Source: Marsupella aquatica
Taxonomy: Eukaryota; Plantae; Marchantiophyta
Assembly: GCA_973895155.1 (NCBI GenBank)
Contig: OZ316893.1
Coordinates: 12,168,359-12,232,358 of the forward strand
Length of the DNA stretch: 64,000 nt
Reading direction: 5' to 3'
Made by a program: the position numbers and the translations under genes. Of the stretch, positions 28,644 to 40,412 are shown piece after piece (the first letter of the stretch is position 1; each line of letters starts with the position of its first letter). The notes beneath the pieces were generated by a model. That model worked only from the letters and a program-made list of their open reading frames with translations, was not told where the DNA came from and ran no database searches.

Positions 28644-29520
28644 ATGAAGGATTTGGGGACATTAAAGGGTCCTGGTATTCAGATTGAATTGGCTAGTGAT
28701 GCGCCAATCTTTCGTAGGCCATACCATTACAGTGACATGGAGAGAGCTCAGATTCAAAGTAGAACTCAAGATTTGTTGGAGGCTGGATTGGCAAAGATTT
28801 CATATGGGGAGTATGCATGTGCCACAATGATGCCAGCCAAGAAAGATGTGCATGGCAATTACATAGATAGGCGCATGTGTGATGATTACAGACCCATTAA
28901 TTGCCAAACAAAATCTGATAGATATGCCATGCCCACACCTGAGGAGATCTTTGATGCTGTGGGGCATGCAAAGGTTTTCAATTCATTGGATCTGAGGGCA
29001 GGGTACCATCAGCTTCCAACTAGGCATGCTGACAGGTCCAAGACAGCATTCTGGGGGATTGATTCTTATGGCAAAGATCGTTTGTATCAGTGGTTATTCT
29101 TACCATTTGGGTTGAAGAATGCACCAACTGAGTTCCAGAGAGTCATGGATCGAATCCTTGTAGGTTTGGATTTTGTCAGATGTTATATTGATGATATTTT
29201 GGTCTATTCTTCTACTATGGAAGAACATCAGTAGCACTTGCAGATTGTGTTGGAGAGATTGAGAGCACATGGGTTGAAGCTCCATCCTAGCAAGTGTAAG
29301 TTCTTCCAAGACCAGATTGAATATTTTGGCCACACTATATACCCAGGGGGATTGGGTGTACAACAGACTAAAGTGGAGGCCATTACACAAATTCCTTGTC
29401 CTACTGATGTGAGTAGAGTTCGTGCATTCTTGGGATTGGCGAGCTACTACAGGAGGTATGTTAAAGGATTTAGCCAGTTTGCTAAACCTTTGACCATACT
29501 CACTAAGTTGGATTAGGAAT
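28644..29520 (+). pseudogene. Reverse transcriptase (gypsy type)
   Basis: RMCDDYRPIN, DRYAMP, SLDLRAGYHQL, LPFGLKNAP, YIDDILV (29184), KCKFFQDQIEYFGH, VRAFLGLASYYRRYV. Confidence 0.97.
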
Positions 29521-29599
29521 GGATTTGGGGTGATGACCAGGAGCATGCCTTTCAGGAGTTGAAGCAAAGGTTGGCATCATCCCCTATTTTGAGAAGACC

Positions 29600-29970
29600 C
29601 ATTTCATGTAGACCATTTTAGCTACACACTGATTGGAGTGGAGTAGGTCTTGGAGCAGTGCTGACTCAGAAGGATGATGAGGGGAATGAGTTTGTTGTGG
29701 CTTATGCCAGTAGATCAAACAATTTAGCAGAGGCTAAGTATAGCTCTTATGAGGGAGAGTGTTTGGCAGCTGTGTGGGCTGTTGCACACTTTTGTTGCTA
29801 CTTGTTTGGTAACCCCTTCACCTTGATCATCAGCCTCTTAAGTGGTTAATGGAGTCTGACAAGCTTACAGGGAAGCTTGCACAATGGGCATTGTTGTTAC
29901 AGGAGTATGATTTCCAGGTGGTGCATAGGCCTGGAAAAGTGAACTTGGATGCAGATGGATTAAGCCGCAA
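29600..29970 (+). pseudogene. RNase H domain of pol
   Basis: LHTDWSGVGLGAVLTQ, VVAYASR, YSSYEGECLAAVWAV, WALLLQEYDF..HRPGKVNLDADGLSR. Confidence 0.93.
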
Positions 29971-30329
29971 TCCATGTATCAGTCAGCAGGATGAGACTGG
30001 AGCCAGATGGCATGATGAGTCAGATAAGGAGATGGTGCCAGGATGGCATGCATCTGCCTTTCTTTGTTGGGTGCCAGAATATAGTGGATCTGTGGACTCT
30101 ACCTCATTGGATGGAGTGGATGATGAGTCTTCAGATGTGGATGTTGGTGAGGTAACTTATGGACAGCAAAATATTCACAATGATGTGAGAGTGTTGGAAT
30201 ATCTGCGCAGTGGTTCTATTGTTGGCAGTGTTGATGCCAAAGAACGTGACAGGGTTCTACAAAGAGCCAAGAGGTTTCGATGGGAGGGAAACCATCTTTT
30301 GAGAGTACTGCATGATGGTAGGGTGTTGG

Positions 30330-31270
30330 TGGTACCAAAACCATCACAACGAGTACATTTGGTGCGACATGCACACAAGGAGTTGGGTCACTTTGGTGTG
30401 AAGCGCACTTACAGCTTGCTGCAGACACAGTATTGATGGCGTGGTATGCACACTCATGTCTAGCAGTTGATAGCTAAGTGTGTGGTATGTGATAGAGTGA
30501 GAGCATCATTTAATGCTCCCACTCCCTAGTTGCACCCGTTGCTGATCATGGGTTTGGGATATCGTTGGAGTTTGGATTTTGCTAGTCCATTACTTACCCA
30601 ACGTCATAATCAGTATGTTTTGGTCATGGTGGAGCACTTCTCCAAGTGGATTGAGCTAGTGGCGTTGCCAGATAAAGCCAGTGGAGGAGTTGCTGCTACA
30701 TTTTTGGATCGTGTACTCAGTCATTTTGGAGCACCAGTTGAGATGTTGACTGATCAGGGAACTGAGTTCCGTGGAGAGTTTGAGAGTTTTTGTGAACAAG
30801 CTTTGATTGATCATTGTACTACCTCTCGTGATCATCCTAAGGCAGATGGATTAGCTGAGAGAGTTGTGCAATTAGCTGAGAGAGTTGTGCAAACTGTGAA
30901 GAGAGGATTGCGTAAGTATGGCTTGCAAGTTGGTCATTTGGGAGATTGGGATCTCCAGCTACCTTGGTTAGCTATGGGCTACCGTTTCAGTCGGCAAGCA
31001 TCACTTGCATCCTTCTCACCTTACTTTTTGCTCTATGGTAGAGAACCAGATTTGCCAGCAGCTATTCGTCGTGATGCTGCACCAGTTGTGAACTTGGATG
31101 ATCCTGATGTTTGGGTCAAGGTGTGTTTAGAGAGAGCATGGGTATTTCAGAGAGTGATGCCCATGGCTTTTGACAACCTTGCCATTGCCCAACATCGTGA
31201 TACTTTGAGGTATGCCACTATTCATGGAGGAGGTTACCGTGCAAGCATTCGACGATTTCATCTTGGTGTT
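30330..31270 (+). pseudogene. Integrase (HHCC zinc finger plus DDE core)
   Basis: H..KELGHFG...CVVC, WSLDF, VEHFSKW, LTDQGTEF, ADGLAERVVQ and FSPYFLLYGREP; the ttagctgagagagttgtgcaa 21 bp tandem duplication lies at 30851-30892. Confidence 0.95.
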
Positions 31271-31488
31271 ATGTTTATTTGCAGCAGACAGCACCCACGA
31301 CACTTGATGTGACCGCAGGCCGGACGATCTTATGTGTGCGTGAAGTGTTACCTTCTGGTATTCTGATGTTGGAGGGACGCGATGGTATGGTTTGGAAGGA
31401 TCATGTGCGCAACTGTGCACCATGTCACCTTCCCAACATTGATGGTACAGTAGATCCAAGCTTGGCACATGTTCATGCTGGCTTGAAA

Positions 31489-31629
31489 TGTATGTTGTGT
31501 GGATCTGCTCAAGGAGCAGCTACTATGTTGATTTGTGATAAGTGTTCTAGAGGATGACACATGTCATGTTTGACACCACTATTGCAGGTGATTCCTAGTG
31601 GATCATGGTTGTGTCCTCAGTGTCGGTGA
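31489..31629 (+). pseudogene. PHD finger at the C-terminus of integrase/pol
   Basis: CMLC..MLICDKCSRG*HMSCL..PSGSWLCPQC is a Cys4-His-Cys3 pattern with the conserved W-x-C-x2-C. It is interrupted by TGA at 31555 and ends at TGA 31627-31629. Confidence 0.9.
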
Positions 31630-32534
31630 AGCCAACTAGTTATCATTTGTGTTCTCTTGGCAGATATGGATTGCAGGTAGGTGATCGATGGGACTCACTT
31701 GCACTCGGCCTCCTGATCTTCACACCTAAAAAGGTGTATATCAACCTTGTAGAACTCATGGCTAGCTAGAGTTAGGGGACCTTACTCCTAGCTAGGGGGG
31801 CGATTGTGGGTTTTGGACATGTGTGGACATGAGTTCCACTTGTATTCCATTCTCTTGTGTTTGTGATGTGGCAGTGTGATTATGTCTGGATGTATGTTGT
31901 GTAGCGATGTGTATGCGCACGACAACTAGGGCAGCAACCCTTCCCCATTGTTTTTTTTTTGCACCCAGAATGCAATGAGTTGGGTCATGGGATTTTTTGC
32001 CACTAACTTGTACAGTCCATACACAAAATTGGTCTGCACCAATGTTATAGGATGTTGAGTTAACCCATGGGCGGGGTTGCGACCCCGTCTCAAATCAAAA
32101 CCCCCCTAAGTAGGTTAATTTTCCTAACCAATGTTCTGACCCATAGTGACACTCCAATGGTATGGGCATCTCAAAGTTGCCCTTCCCTAAAAAGTTTTTG
32201 ATCAACTGCTGTGCAAAGTTCCACTCTGCAACCCCACTAAAAATGTATACACCATTTTGGTTAAAATGAGTCAGTGTTTTTTTCTTTATGGAACCTAGTC
32301 ACATACCCCCTATCCCAGAATTTGACAGTACTCATAATAACATATTCATCTAATAAAACTATACAAAGAATATTCTTAGAATCTTCAACTTCAATATACC
32401 TGGTGACATTTGCCACTTTAGGAAAAAAGAAAACTTTAAAAAAATAAGTTTGCAAGGACAACAGGGCTGCTGGGAACTATGCTGGTTGGCTATGGAACTG
32501 TGTACTACCAACTTCCCCTGAACACAGCCCCCAG

Positions 32535-32775
32535 GCATTGTGCTTGAGAATGGATTTTTTTAGGTCTTAAGAAAAAGTATTGTTTTTCAAACACAACGTG
32601 ATTTTAACACAGTGTCAGGGCATTGTGTTTGAGTTGGACATTGTGTTTGAGATTTGACCCTGGACTATTCTACATTGAGCACAGATAGTAAAAAATTTAA
32701 AAATTATATGACAATGCCATTATTCAAACACAACGTGATATTTAAACACAATGTCCATTTTCAAACACAACATCA
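32535..32775. repeat. Cluster of direct and inverted AAACACAA/TTGTGTTT motifs, MITE-like
   Basis: tcaaacacaacgtgat occurs twice; cattgtgtttga occurs twice and pairs with aaacacaatg. Confidence 0.5.
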
Positions 32776-33341
32776 CACAAATACAAAAAAAATGAAAATA
32801 CATGGTCAAAACTTGAATACAACACCTTGGGTCTACTATTCTAATAGAGCTCCCCATGGCCCACTATTTGAATACAAGGCCATGACCTTGTGTCTGGGAA
32901 AATAGTGTCCCAGTAAAATAGTAGGGGTTACCCTGACTGGGTGCCAAGGAAGGTGCATGGGCTGAGAAGGAGAGGCCCCATCAAGTCTTTTATTTTTGCC
33001 TCTCATTATTATCGAGGAGAAAGGCTGAGGACATTCTAGCAGCTAGAAAAGAAGCAGTGCATCATTTTCACTCGTACAGTACTCAGATCCGTCTTCGCAA
33101 CATTGATCGGCTAGACGCATAGCGTTCCTTCAGGTTTCTCGCGTACAATACTCGGATCCTTCTTCGCAACATCAATCGGCAAGGCGCAAATAGCAAGGAG
33201 ATCCTTTTCCATTCCATGTGAGTCTCTGCGTTTCAGCGATCGATCTCGTCAGCCCTTTCTTCTTCCGTTTGGAGTCCGGTGCAGGGTTTAGGGTTTCGTC
33301 TTCGTGTGGGTCTTCGGCCATACCCAACTTCGGCGGTTGAG

Positions 33342-33506
33342 ATGGCGAAAGGAGCAGGAGTATGGAACAGAGTCAGAGAAACCATCGCCAACGAGGTCCA
33401 GGACGAGGAGAGGCTCGCAGCCAACTTGAGACTGGTCCGCTCGGTGGGTCTCTTCCTTGGCTCGGTTCTGGTGATGCGGAACTTTGGTGAGCTGATGGCT
33501 GTTTGA
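33342..33506 (+). CDS. TOM5: Mitochondrial import receptor subunit TOM5 (54 aa, single exon)
   Basis: MAKGAGVWNRVRETIANEVQDEERLAANLRLVRSVGLFLGSVLVMRNFGELMAV fits the plant TOM5 pattern (..DEE..A.N..L.R..G.F.G....MR.(F/Y)G(D/E)LM.V) and size. Confidence 0.88.
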   Translation: MAKGAGVWNRVRETIANEVQDEERLAANLRLVRSVGLFLGSVLVMRNFGELMAV

Positions 33507-34478
33507 ATGCAACCATCTCAACGCACAGCAGAGCGGAGCGGAGCCGAGCAGAGCAGATATCTGCATTGAGAATCGAAGACTATGATGACGTTTTCGTCCC
33601 CCGCAGTGGGAGACTGTGTTTACGGCTTGGGACGTTTCTGTCATGCAAATTCATAGAGCATCTTTGGGTCTGATGATATGACAGTTTCATCGCTTGCAGT
33701 CAGGGTTTGTTCTCAAGACCGTGTTTACAGTTTGGGATGTCTACGGCCTGCAATTTATATGCTGGACTACGAAATTAAGATTGGGTATTTCAGATGACAA
33801 GATTTTGCTCAATGTCTGGAACTGTGGATACCCTCATTGGTGTGCAGGCACCGTGGGACTTTCCAAATTTGATGTAGTAAAAAGGGCAAGAAATAAACTT
33901 ATTGTGTTGTTTTCTGTGGCCACTCATTTTGTATGAAATGCAATGTCGAAGTTATAATGGTCTCTCGTACGAAAATTGCTGCCGGCATATTCGCTTCTCC
34001 TCTAAGAAGGGAGTAAGTAGGTATTCTATAAATGGTCTAGTGCGAAATACTAACCTACTGATCTACAAGACCTGTTGCACTTTGATTTCGGACAGTTGAC
34101 TCTGGAACGTGTTTGTGCATTGTTCATTCCTTTGCTACAATCCTTCCATGCATCCATACATTATTTGTTCATCGTCCACTCTGGACAAGTTCACATCTTC
34201 CGTTTTGTTACGATAGATATCGTCTTCTTTTCTTCGTCCTTGTGTTCATTTATGCTTCATTGGCCATCCATTTAGGGCCACTTACATGGTGGGTTCGAAG
34301 GAGCTAGACATGTCAGTTGTGAATGACCCTTAGTTCACACTGCTAGATTGCGTTCCGGGTTGTACTTATGTCACCCTGTCTGTGAGTTGCATTTATGCGT
34401 CAAAGATGCACATTTTGAGTGTGGTGAAACTTTGGTCATGCGAAAGTTCCTGTAACAGGTTTCTGCACGTTAGGGGCA

Positions 34479-35107
34479 CTTTACAAGACGTCGGGGGCCG
34501 TTCGCTTCCTTTTCTACCAAAGCTGAGCCAGCAGCAGTTTCACATGCTAAAAACAGTATACCGGGGCTAATAGAGAATTTAGAAGACTTTTATTGCCCCC
34601 GACGTCTTGTAAAGGGAACTCTGGCCAGTGTAGCTAGAATCATTGACTAGAAGATAAACTTGGGACCCGCTCCACCTGAATCTTTGGCTAATGCTGGCTA
34701 ATCTTTGGCTAATGCTGGTTCCTGTGGGTCCGCATTTATTGAAAACTGCCCATAATAGGAATGGACCAAGCGGCCGGATGAAGGGACCTCCAACCGAGGT
34801 GGTCTAAAATTCTGGACAAAAAAGAGCTCCACGTCGGCAAAAGTTGGGCTGCCCATAATAGGAATGGACCAAGCGGCCGGATGAAGGGACCTCCAACCGA
34901 GGTGGTCTAAAATTCTGGACAAAAAAGAGCTCCACGTCGGCAAAAGTTGGGCCCCACTGAAGTCCATGTAGGATCGGCAGAATCAATGAGCAAAACTGCC
35001 CCTGACGTTTTCTAAAGTGAACTCCAGCACTATCTCCCCAATGGATGGCCCGGATTGGATCTTGGATGTCAGAAAAGTGAAGGAACTGCCCCCGACTTCT
35101 TGTAAAG
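34479..35107. mobile_element. Putative non-autonomous DNA element with 20 bp TIRs, an extra internal TIR and a 103 bp tandem duplication
   Basis: ctttacaagacgtcgggggc (34479-34498) is inverted at 34595-34614 (perfect) and 35088-35107 (1 mismatch); 34746-34848 is duplicated at 34849-34951. Confidence 0.6.
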
Positions 35108-36371
35108 CCACCCTTAATTCACATTCACGTGTTATTGAAACGAGATGCACTTTGACAATGACGACCGTTCTTGTTTTGGAACGCTGATGCCCGTTTATGC
35201 GATATATATTGCAGTTTTGGCACATACCCAAAGTACTGGCTTCGCATGGCGATGTAACTGGTGCACTGTCTTAGATAGAGATACTCATTTAGTGACTAGA
35301 CTAGATCCACTTTCTACAGTAGGATCCTTGACGGTCGGAAAATTCAGGATACTCTCTTTGGTACTCGTTTATAGCTTCTAGAGAAATTCCTCTGCGGAAC
35401 TGTCGGGCTATTTTGGTTGCTTGGGTTTTTACTTGGTATTTCCTCCCCGTGGTTTGGGACTCCGGGGAGACTCTCGGGCGCTTTGGCTTGTTTGCGTTTC
35501 CTCAGTTCTCCCCTTTATTGCGTTTCCGGCCTTAGCGATCCTGTCTCCACTTAGGAGCTTTTTGTACTGTGGCAACATGATATAACATGATTTGTATCGA
35601 AATATTATAAATCATGTTACACTGTATTGTCACTCTGAAATGAGCACCAGGTAGTTACCGATGCTTGTATTCTAAAGAAAGGTACTCAGCCCTAGTGGTG
35701 GCTGAATACTCACTTCAGGTTTTACCGGCAGCAAGTAATGACGATTTTTTCATTCTCTCAATCGAATGATGAGAAAATGTTGTTACTGCTACAGCTTCTC
35801 ACCTCTTTGCAGAAATTCTAGTCGACGCTTTGATTTATCATGGTATGGGATTGGACAAGCTACCAGGATGTTATATAATGTTAGTGTGTAAGGAAATGCA
35901 GAATGGGTGGAAAGGGTTTGGACTCTCATATGAGTCTGATCTGAACTGCATTGAATTAATCACACTACTGTAGGTATCCGGAAGATGCACGGAAGTTGAA
36001 AGCTTGTCTACTGCATTCTGTGGGTGAAGAGTTTGATTATGTATATTCCGGCGTGAAGAACTCACGAAATTTACGCAAAAGTTTAGATTCAGTAATGTAC
36101 AGTACAAATTCCCTCGTGTGGTAACAACTTTCTAGAGGCGAACCGATCTTTCTCAACATGTTACTCGTGATCATTACTTCCGCTTTTGAAGCCACGTTCA
36201 GCATTAGTATGATCAGTCTTGTGTAAGGAAAATTGGTGTGCTTTTTGTTATCGGCCACCTGCTTTGTGACGAGAAGTACAGAAAATTGAAGTTCTGCCTA
36301 TTTTTCTACAACTCTAACCGCAGTATCACTCCTAGATGCATATATCCATCCGAAAGACGAAAATTTCTGCT

Positions 36372-38662
36372 CTAATCGGTTTTTGGCTTTCCATCCACAT
36401 CTACAAACCCAGCAAAGTTCCCTGAGTCCTTTCTATCCTCCATTGCTGAAGCTGAAGATTCTCCTGGGATTTTGTTGACTAATCTCGATTGCTGCTGATC
36501 ATTGGCCTCAACTACTTGCTGCGCTTTCTCCACTAAAGTATTAATCTGGTCAGCCAAGACTTGTGCTTCAGTCTCTTGTGTAAAATCGTCTTCGCTTTTG
36601 ATTTGAAGATCCTGCACGACAACAAACAGCAAGCTCGTCAACAGCTGAATGCTGTGCGACAAACAGATCTATCCGGAGAGCAAGTTGCTTACAAGAATAA
36701 CGGTGCTTATTCTAAATTATTGTGGAGGCCCTCGATTGACGTTGTCCGATTTCTAACCTCTGTGTGTGACTATATTAAACAGTTGCCCTACATATTATTG
36801 TGAATTTGACCAGCTAGGTGCGAGAGTTGTCTTCAAAGACCTGCCCATGACGCCAATAATACTCCATCATTGAAACTCTGCCCATAATAGTATTCAAAGT
36901 ATCCTGGAGAGGTTGTGGGATAGAATCGGATTAGATACGGGAAGCTGGACCACGCGTGAGCCACAGGGTGCAGAGAATCATAGAAACATCTGAATGGAAG
37001 AGCATAATACGAATACTGACCCTTTTTCCAGACCTCCAGAAAGCAGCATACCAACTATCACGAAAAAACATACCTTTGTGAAAATGTCGAAAGCTCCCTT
37101 TGAGTCGACTTTTTGCATGACATCTACAGCTTGATCCTACACACGTTTATAAGATAGTATAATTTAATATAGATAAATTATAACACGACCTTTGCTGCAC
37201 TCGAAGAAAAAATTAATTCCCAAGACTCCCTCTCAAAATCTCAAATCCCAATCAGCTGACTACTATGATCATTAATTTAAACAGGATCTGGTATTACAAG
37301 GACTGCTGAAGTTGTTTAGTACACATTAATCCCGCTGGTCAAAAGATTGCTTAAACCACCTTCAGAGCAAACGAAGTACAACGGAAAAATCCAATTCACC
37401 AGTTACATATTCTCTTAAAATCTCAACTCCCAATCAGCCATATATCATGGTTATTCAAGATAAAGGGAAACTGGTGTAATATGGGGACTGTTGAATTGAT
37501 TTACTGAACAATTATCTCACTGGTCAGAAGATTGTTCAAACCATCTTCAGAGTAAACAGTACAGTCACACAATCCAATTTACCAGCTTAAAAATATATAT
37601 CGTTTAAGCTAGAAGACGGTAAATAAAAACCAGTGAAAGCTTTCGGGTGAGAAGTAAGACGATGACGAATAGAACACCTCAATCAGCCTTAGATTCTACA
37701 AAGGATCATCTGTGTGAGATGACATCAACTTGTCTCATCCTTGAGCAGTAGAATAGGGACATTGACAAGACCGCCAGCAAAATGATCTGAGAGGATGAAC
37801 CCAAGCTGAAACGGGATGAACTGAATAAAAGAACGAACAGTGCTAAAGTAGAGATCTAGATACACTGCATGACCATCATAAATATCTCAAATGCCTCCCA
37901 ACCTCTCGCCATTGCTTCGCACGTAGATGCATCCAGGAAACGGTCGTTGTCGAGTGTCTTCCTCATTAACTAAATTATTAAAGTGCTCATTTCAAGCATC
38001 TAATCTTACTTGCGTTTGTTGCAAATTGACGACTTACTAGTCAAAGAGAACTCCACATTCTTCAGACTGGCAATACAACTTGCAGAGGTACTTCCTTGCA
38101 CAGAGAGACCTAACTCTTCACACATTATGAACATCACCACAGTAGTTGACCTAACAACCTCTTTGCAGATAACGTGAGGACCGAAAAAGCTTTCTACCCT
38201 CAAGCTTAACGCCCTCACGAGCTCGTGCTCTCCCCCACAGAGAAACCAGCAAGGCCATCAAATGCAAATAAATGGCTCCAACACGTGGGAACGAGTCGAG
38301 TTGAATAGAAAGCATACCTTCGCATCATGGATTTGCTCAGCGTCCAGTGTAAGAGGCTCGGTATTTATTGAAGAATGCCTTGACCCTGGAAAGCCTGTCA
38401 TCTCTGTGTGGTAGGATGCTTCTGAGAAGTCAAAGCTAGGAAATGAGGAACGAAGATGTTTTTGATGCTGATGAAGGGCCTCCTCGTTGCCCTCAGGAGT
38501 AGGAGTAAGTTGCTGGTCCCTGGGTACTCCCGGGTCTGAGGTAGGCTCCTGTTCTAAAGCTATCTGCTGTCCGAATTCTGTTTGCAATTTGGGAGTAATC
38601 TGACGGTCGGGGCCTGTATCCTGCTCTTGAACTAATTGCTGGTCCATTATTTTTCTACTCAT
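36372..38662 (-). CDS. Hypothetical Q/E/S-rich protein, ~194 aa; join complement(36372..36611,38318..38662)
   Basis: Two protein-like ORF segments (MSRKIMDQQLVQEQ...EQIHDAK and DLQIKSEDDF...GKPKTD*) join in phase 0 through AAG|gtatgc and gtgcag|GAT; no family recognised. Confidence 0.4.
37230..37585. repeat. Diverged ~180 bp tandem duplication
   Basis: aaaatctcaa.tcccaatcagc...ctggtca.aagattg.t.aaacca.cttcagag.aaac...aatccaatt.accag occurs twice. Confidence 0.75.
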
Positions 38663-40226
38663 GTGATTCCAGGTAGGGCCTACACAAACAGAGAGCAGTG
38701 GGTTAGAAAACTGAAGCAAGAGAATCTTCCTTGAGATCAAAGCCAACCCATAATTTAGTCTCTGCAAACTGAAATCATTTCTAAGACCTGACTCAAGGAC
38801 CAATCTGCGCTTTCTACCAGCAATGTTGGCCATGTTGGCCGTTGTCACATCGAGTGACATGGAGCGACTACCCGTCCTATTCTCGTATTTCTCACTCTGA
38901 AATGATGTGACTTGACAGCAAATGGTAGTCTGCCCAAAGTTAGTTAGACCATCGTTGATACCCTTTCAACAGCAGGAGCCTGTGTGATGTACACAGCTCG
39001 GATTGAAGTGACTGTATCAGCACATTGATGACAAGATTGATTTCTCTCTTCTCATCTACCTCAAACCATCAAATACTTCAGGTTGAATGCATCTGTCAAC
39101 AGGAGCCACGAATGAATCACGAGGAGCATTGACTGAACAAGTCATATCCCCCTCTCATCCACCATGGAATAGTCCTTCATACTTTCTACCTCTACGCTAA
39201 GCACTGGCAAGACGAATCGTCCATTATTCATTTCTCCTAGGGATTTGAGAACTTTTACGAGATAATCCCTCTTTTCCCACGACCTCTTGCCCTCTCCCTT
39301 TGAATCTGCGAGAACTTTTACGTAGCAATGAGTTGTGACTATACAACCTTCTACACACAATCCTGACGATTTGTAAGACAGGAAGGACTAGGTCGCAATT
39401 TCCCTCAGTAGCATCCGCGCAAGAAGAGAAAAAACACGAACACCCTGTCATCACAGATTCAGGTGTTTCTCAACGACAAAATACTTTTTCTATTTCAGTG
39501 GATCGAATCAGTCTCGGAACAGCTGACCGGCAGGAAGATGGACAAGTTTTGGCTCCCTATTCCACTTTTCGAAACACTCCTCACATCTTTGGAATATAGC
39601 ACTGTCGCACGAGAATAGCAGGAAGATTTCAAAATCTCGAAACGACGTTTATCCCAAAGAGCCTTCAAATCACACAATCAACTCATCGGCCACATTATAC
39701 GCTCATCAAGCTATATTTCAACTCAAGCCGTCCCACGAACGAAAACTCTCATTGCTTCTTTTCTTTCCAGAAATCGACGATGTTCCCCAAACCTCTTGAA
39801 AACGATTCCACTACAAATATATCTGGCGGAGTACGGGTTCATAAAAAAATATTAAAAAAGCCCGATCAGTGACGGATTAGTTTTTGCGCTTATCCCATCT
39901 GTCTTTAAAACCGTATCGACTGATGTTGATCTACTTTTTCGCAGTGAATCACCGCAGCAGCAATTATCCTCTCATTTAACAGCGCGTGACAACCGTAGGC
40001 CCTCTTAAGGATAACATGCCGCCCACTCCGTCTGTCTAACAGCACTGCTGCCATATATCGAAGGAACGAATAGACTACCGAAGTAATCCATCTGCTTCTC
40101 TCAACTGAAACTGAAACCAATCCTAAAAGCTTGAGTACTTGTTAACCATCCCCAAATATAATGAGTAAAAGTTGATCACTGCGCCAACTACATTCTCGCA
40201 GTAGGCTTTTAGGGTGAAATTCGCGA

Positions 40227-40412
40227 CCAAACTGTTAGCTCTCTAGGAAATCACAGAGAACCTCTTTCTTTCGAACTATCTTTCAAAATCTCAGGGCATC
40301 TCTCTCTTCAATCACGCCGACCAAACTGTTACCTCTCTAGGAAGTCACTGCGAACCTCTTTCTTTCAAACCTATCTTTCAAAATCTCAGGGCATCTCTCT
40401 CTTCAGTCACGC
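40227..40412. repeat. ~93 bp tandem duplication
   Basis: ccaaactgtta.ctctctaggaa...tatctttcaaaatctcagggcatctctctcttca.tcacgc occurs twice. Confidence 0.85.

Larger units (their letters stand above)
22538..31925 (+). mobile_element. Decayed Ty3/gypsy LTR retrotransposon encoding gag-PR-DNA cytosine methyltransferase-RT-RNase H-integrase-PHD; boundaries approximate
   Basis: Domain order PR-RT-RH-INT defines gypsy. Polypurine tract aggggggg at 31794-31800 is followed by TGT at 31805 (3' LTR start). The 5' boundary is tentative, based on weak similarity of ~22540-22685 to 31805-31920. Confidence 0.9.

Noticed and set aside
33279-33341. N-terminal extension of TOM5 in the ORF track
   Set aside because: Starts at GTG; ATG 33342 gives the expected ~54 aa protein
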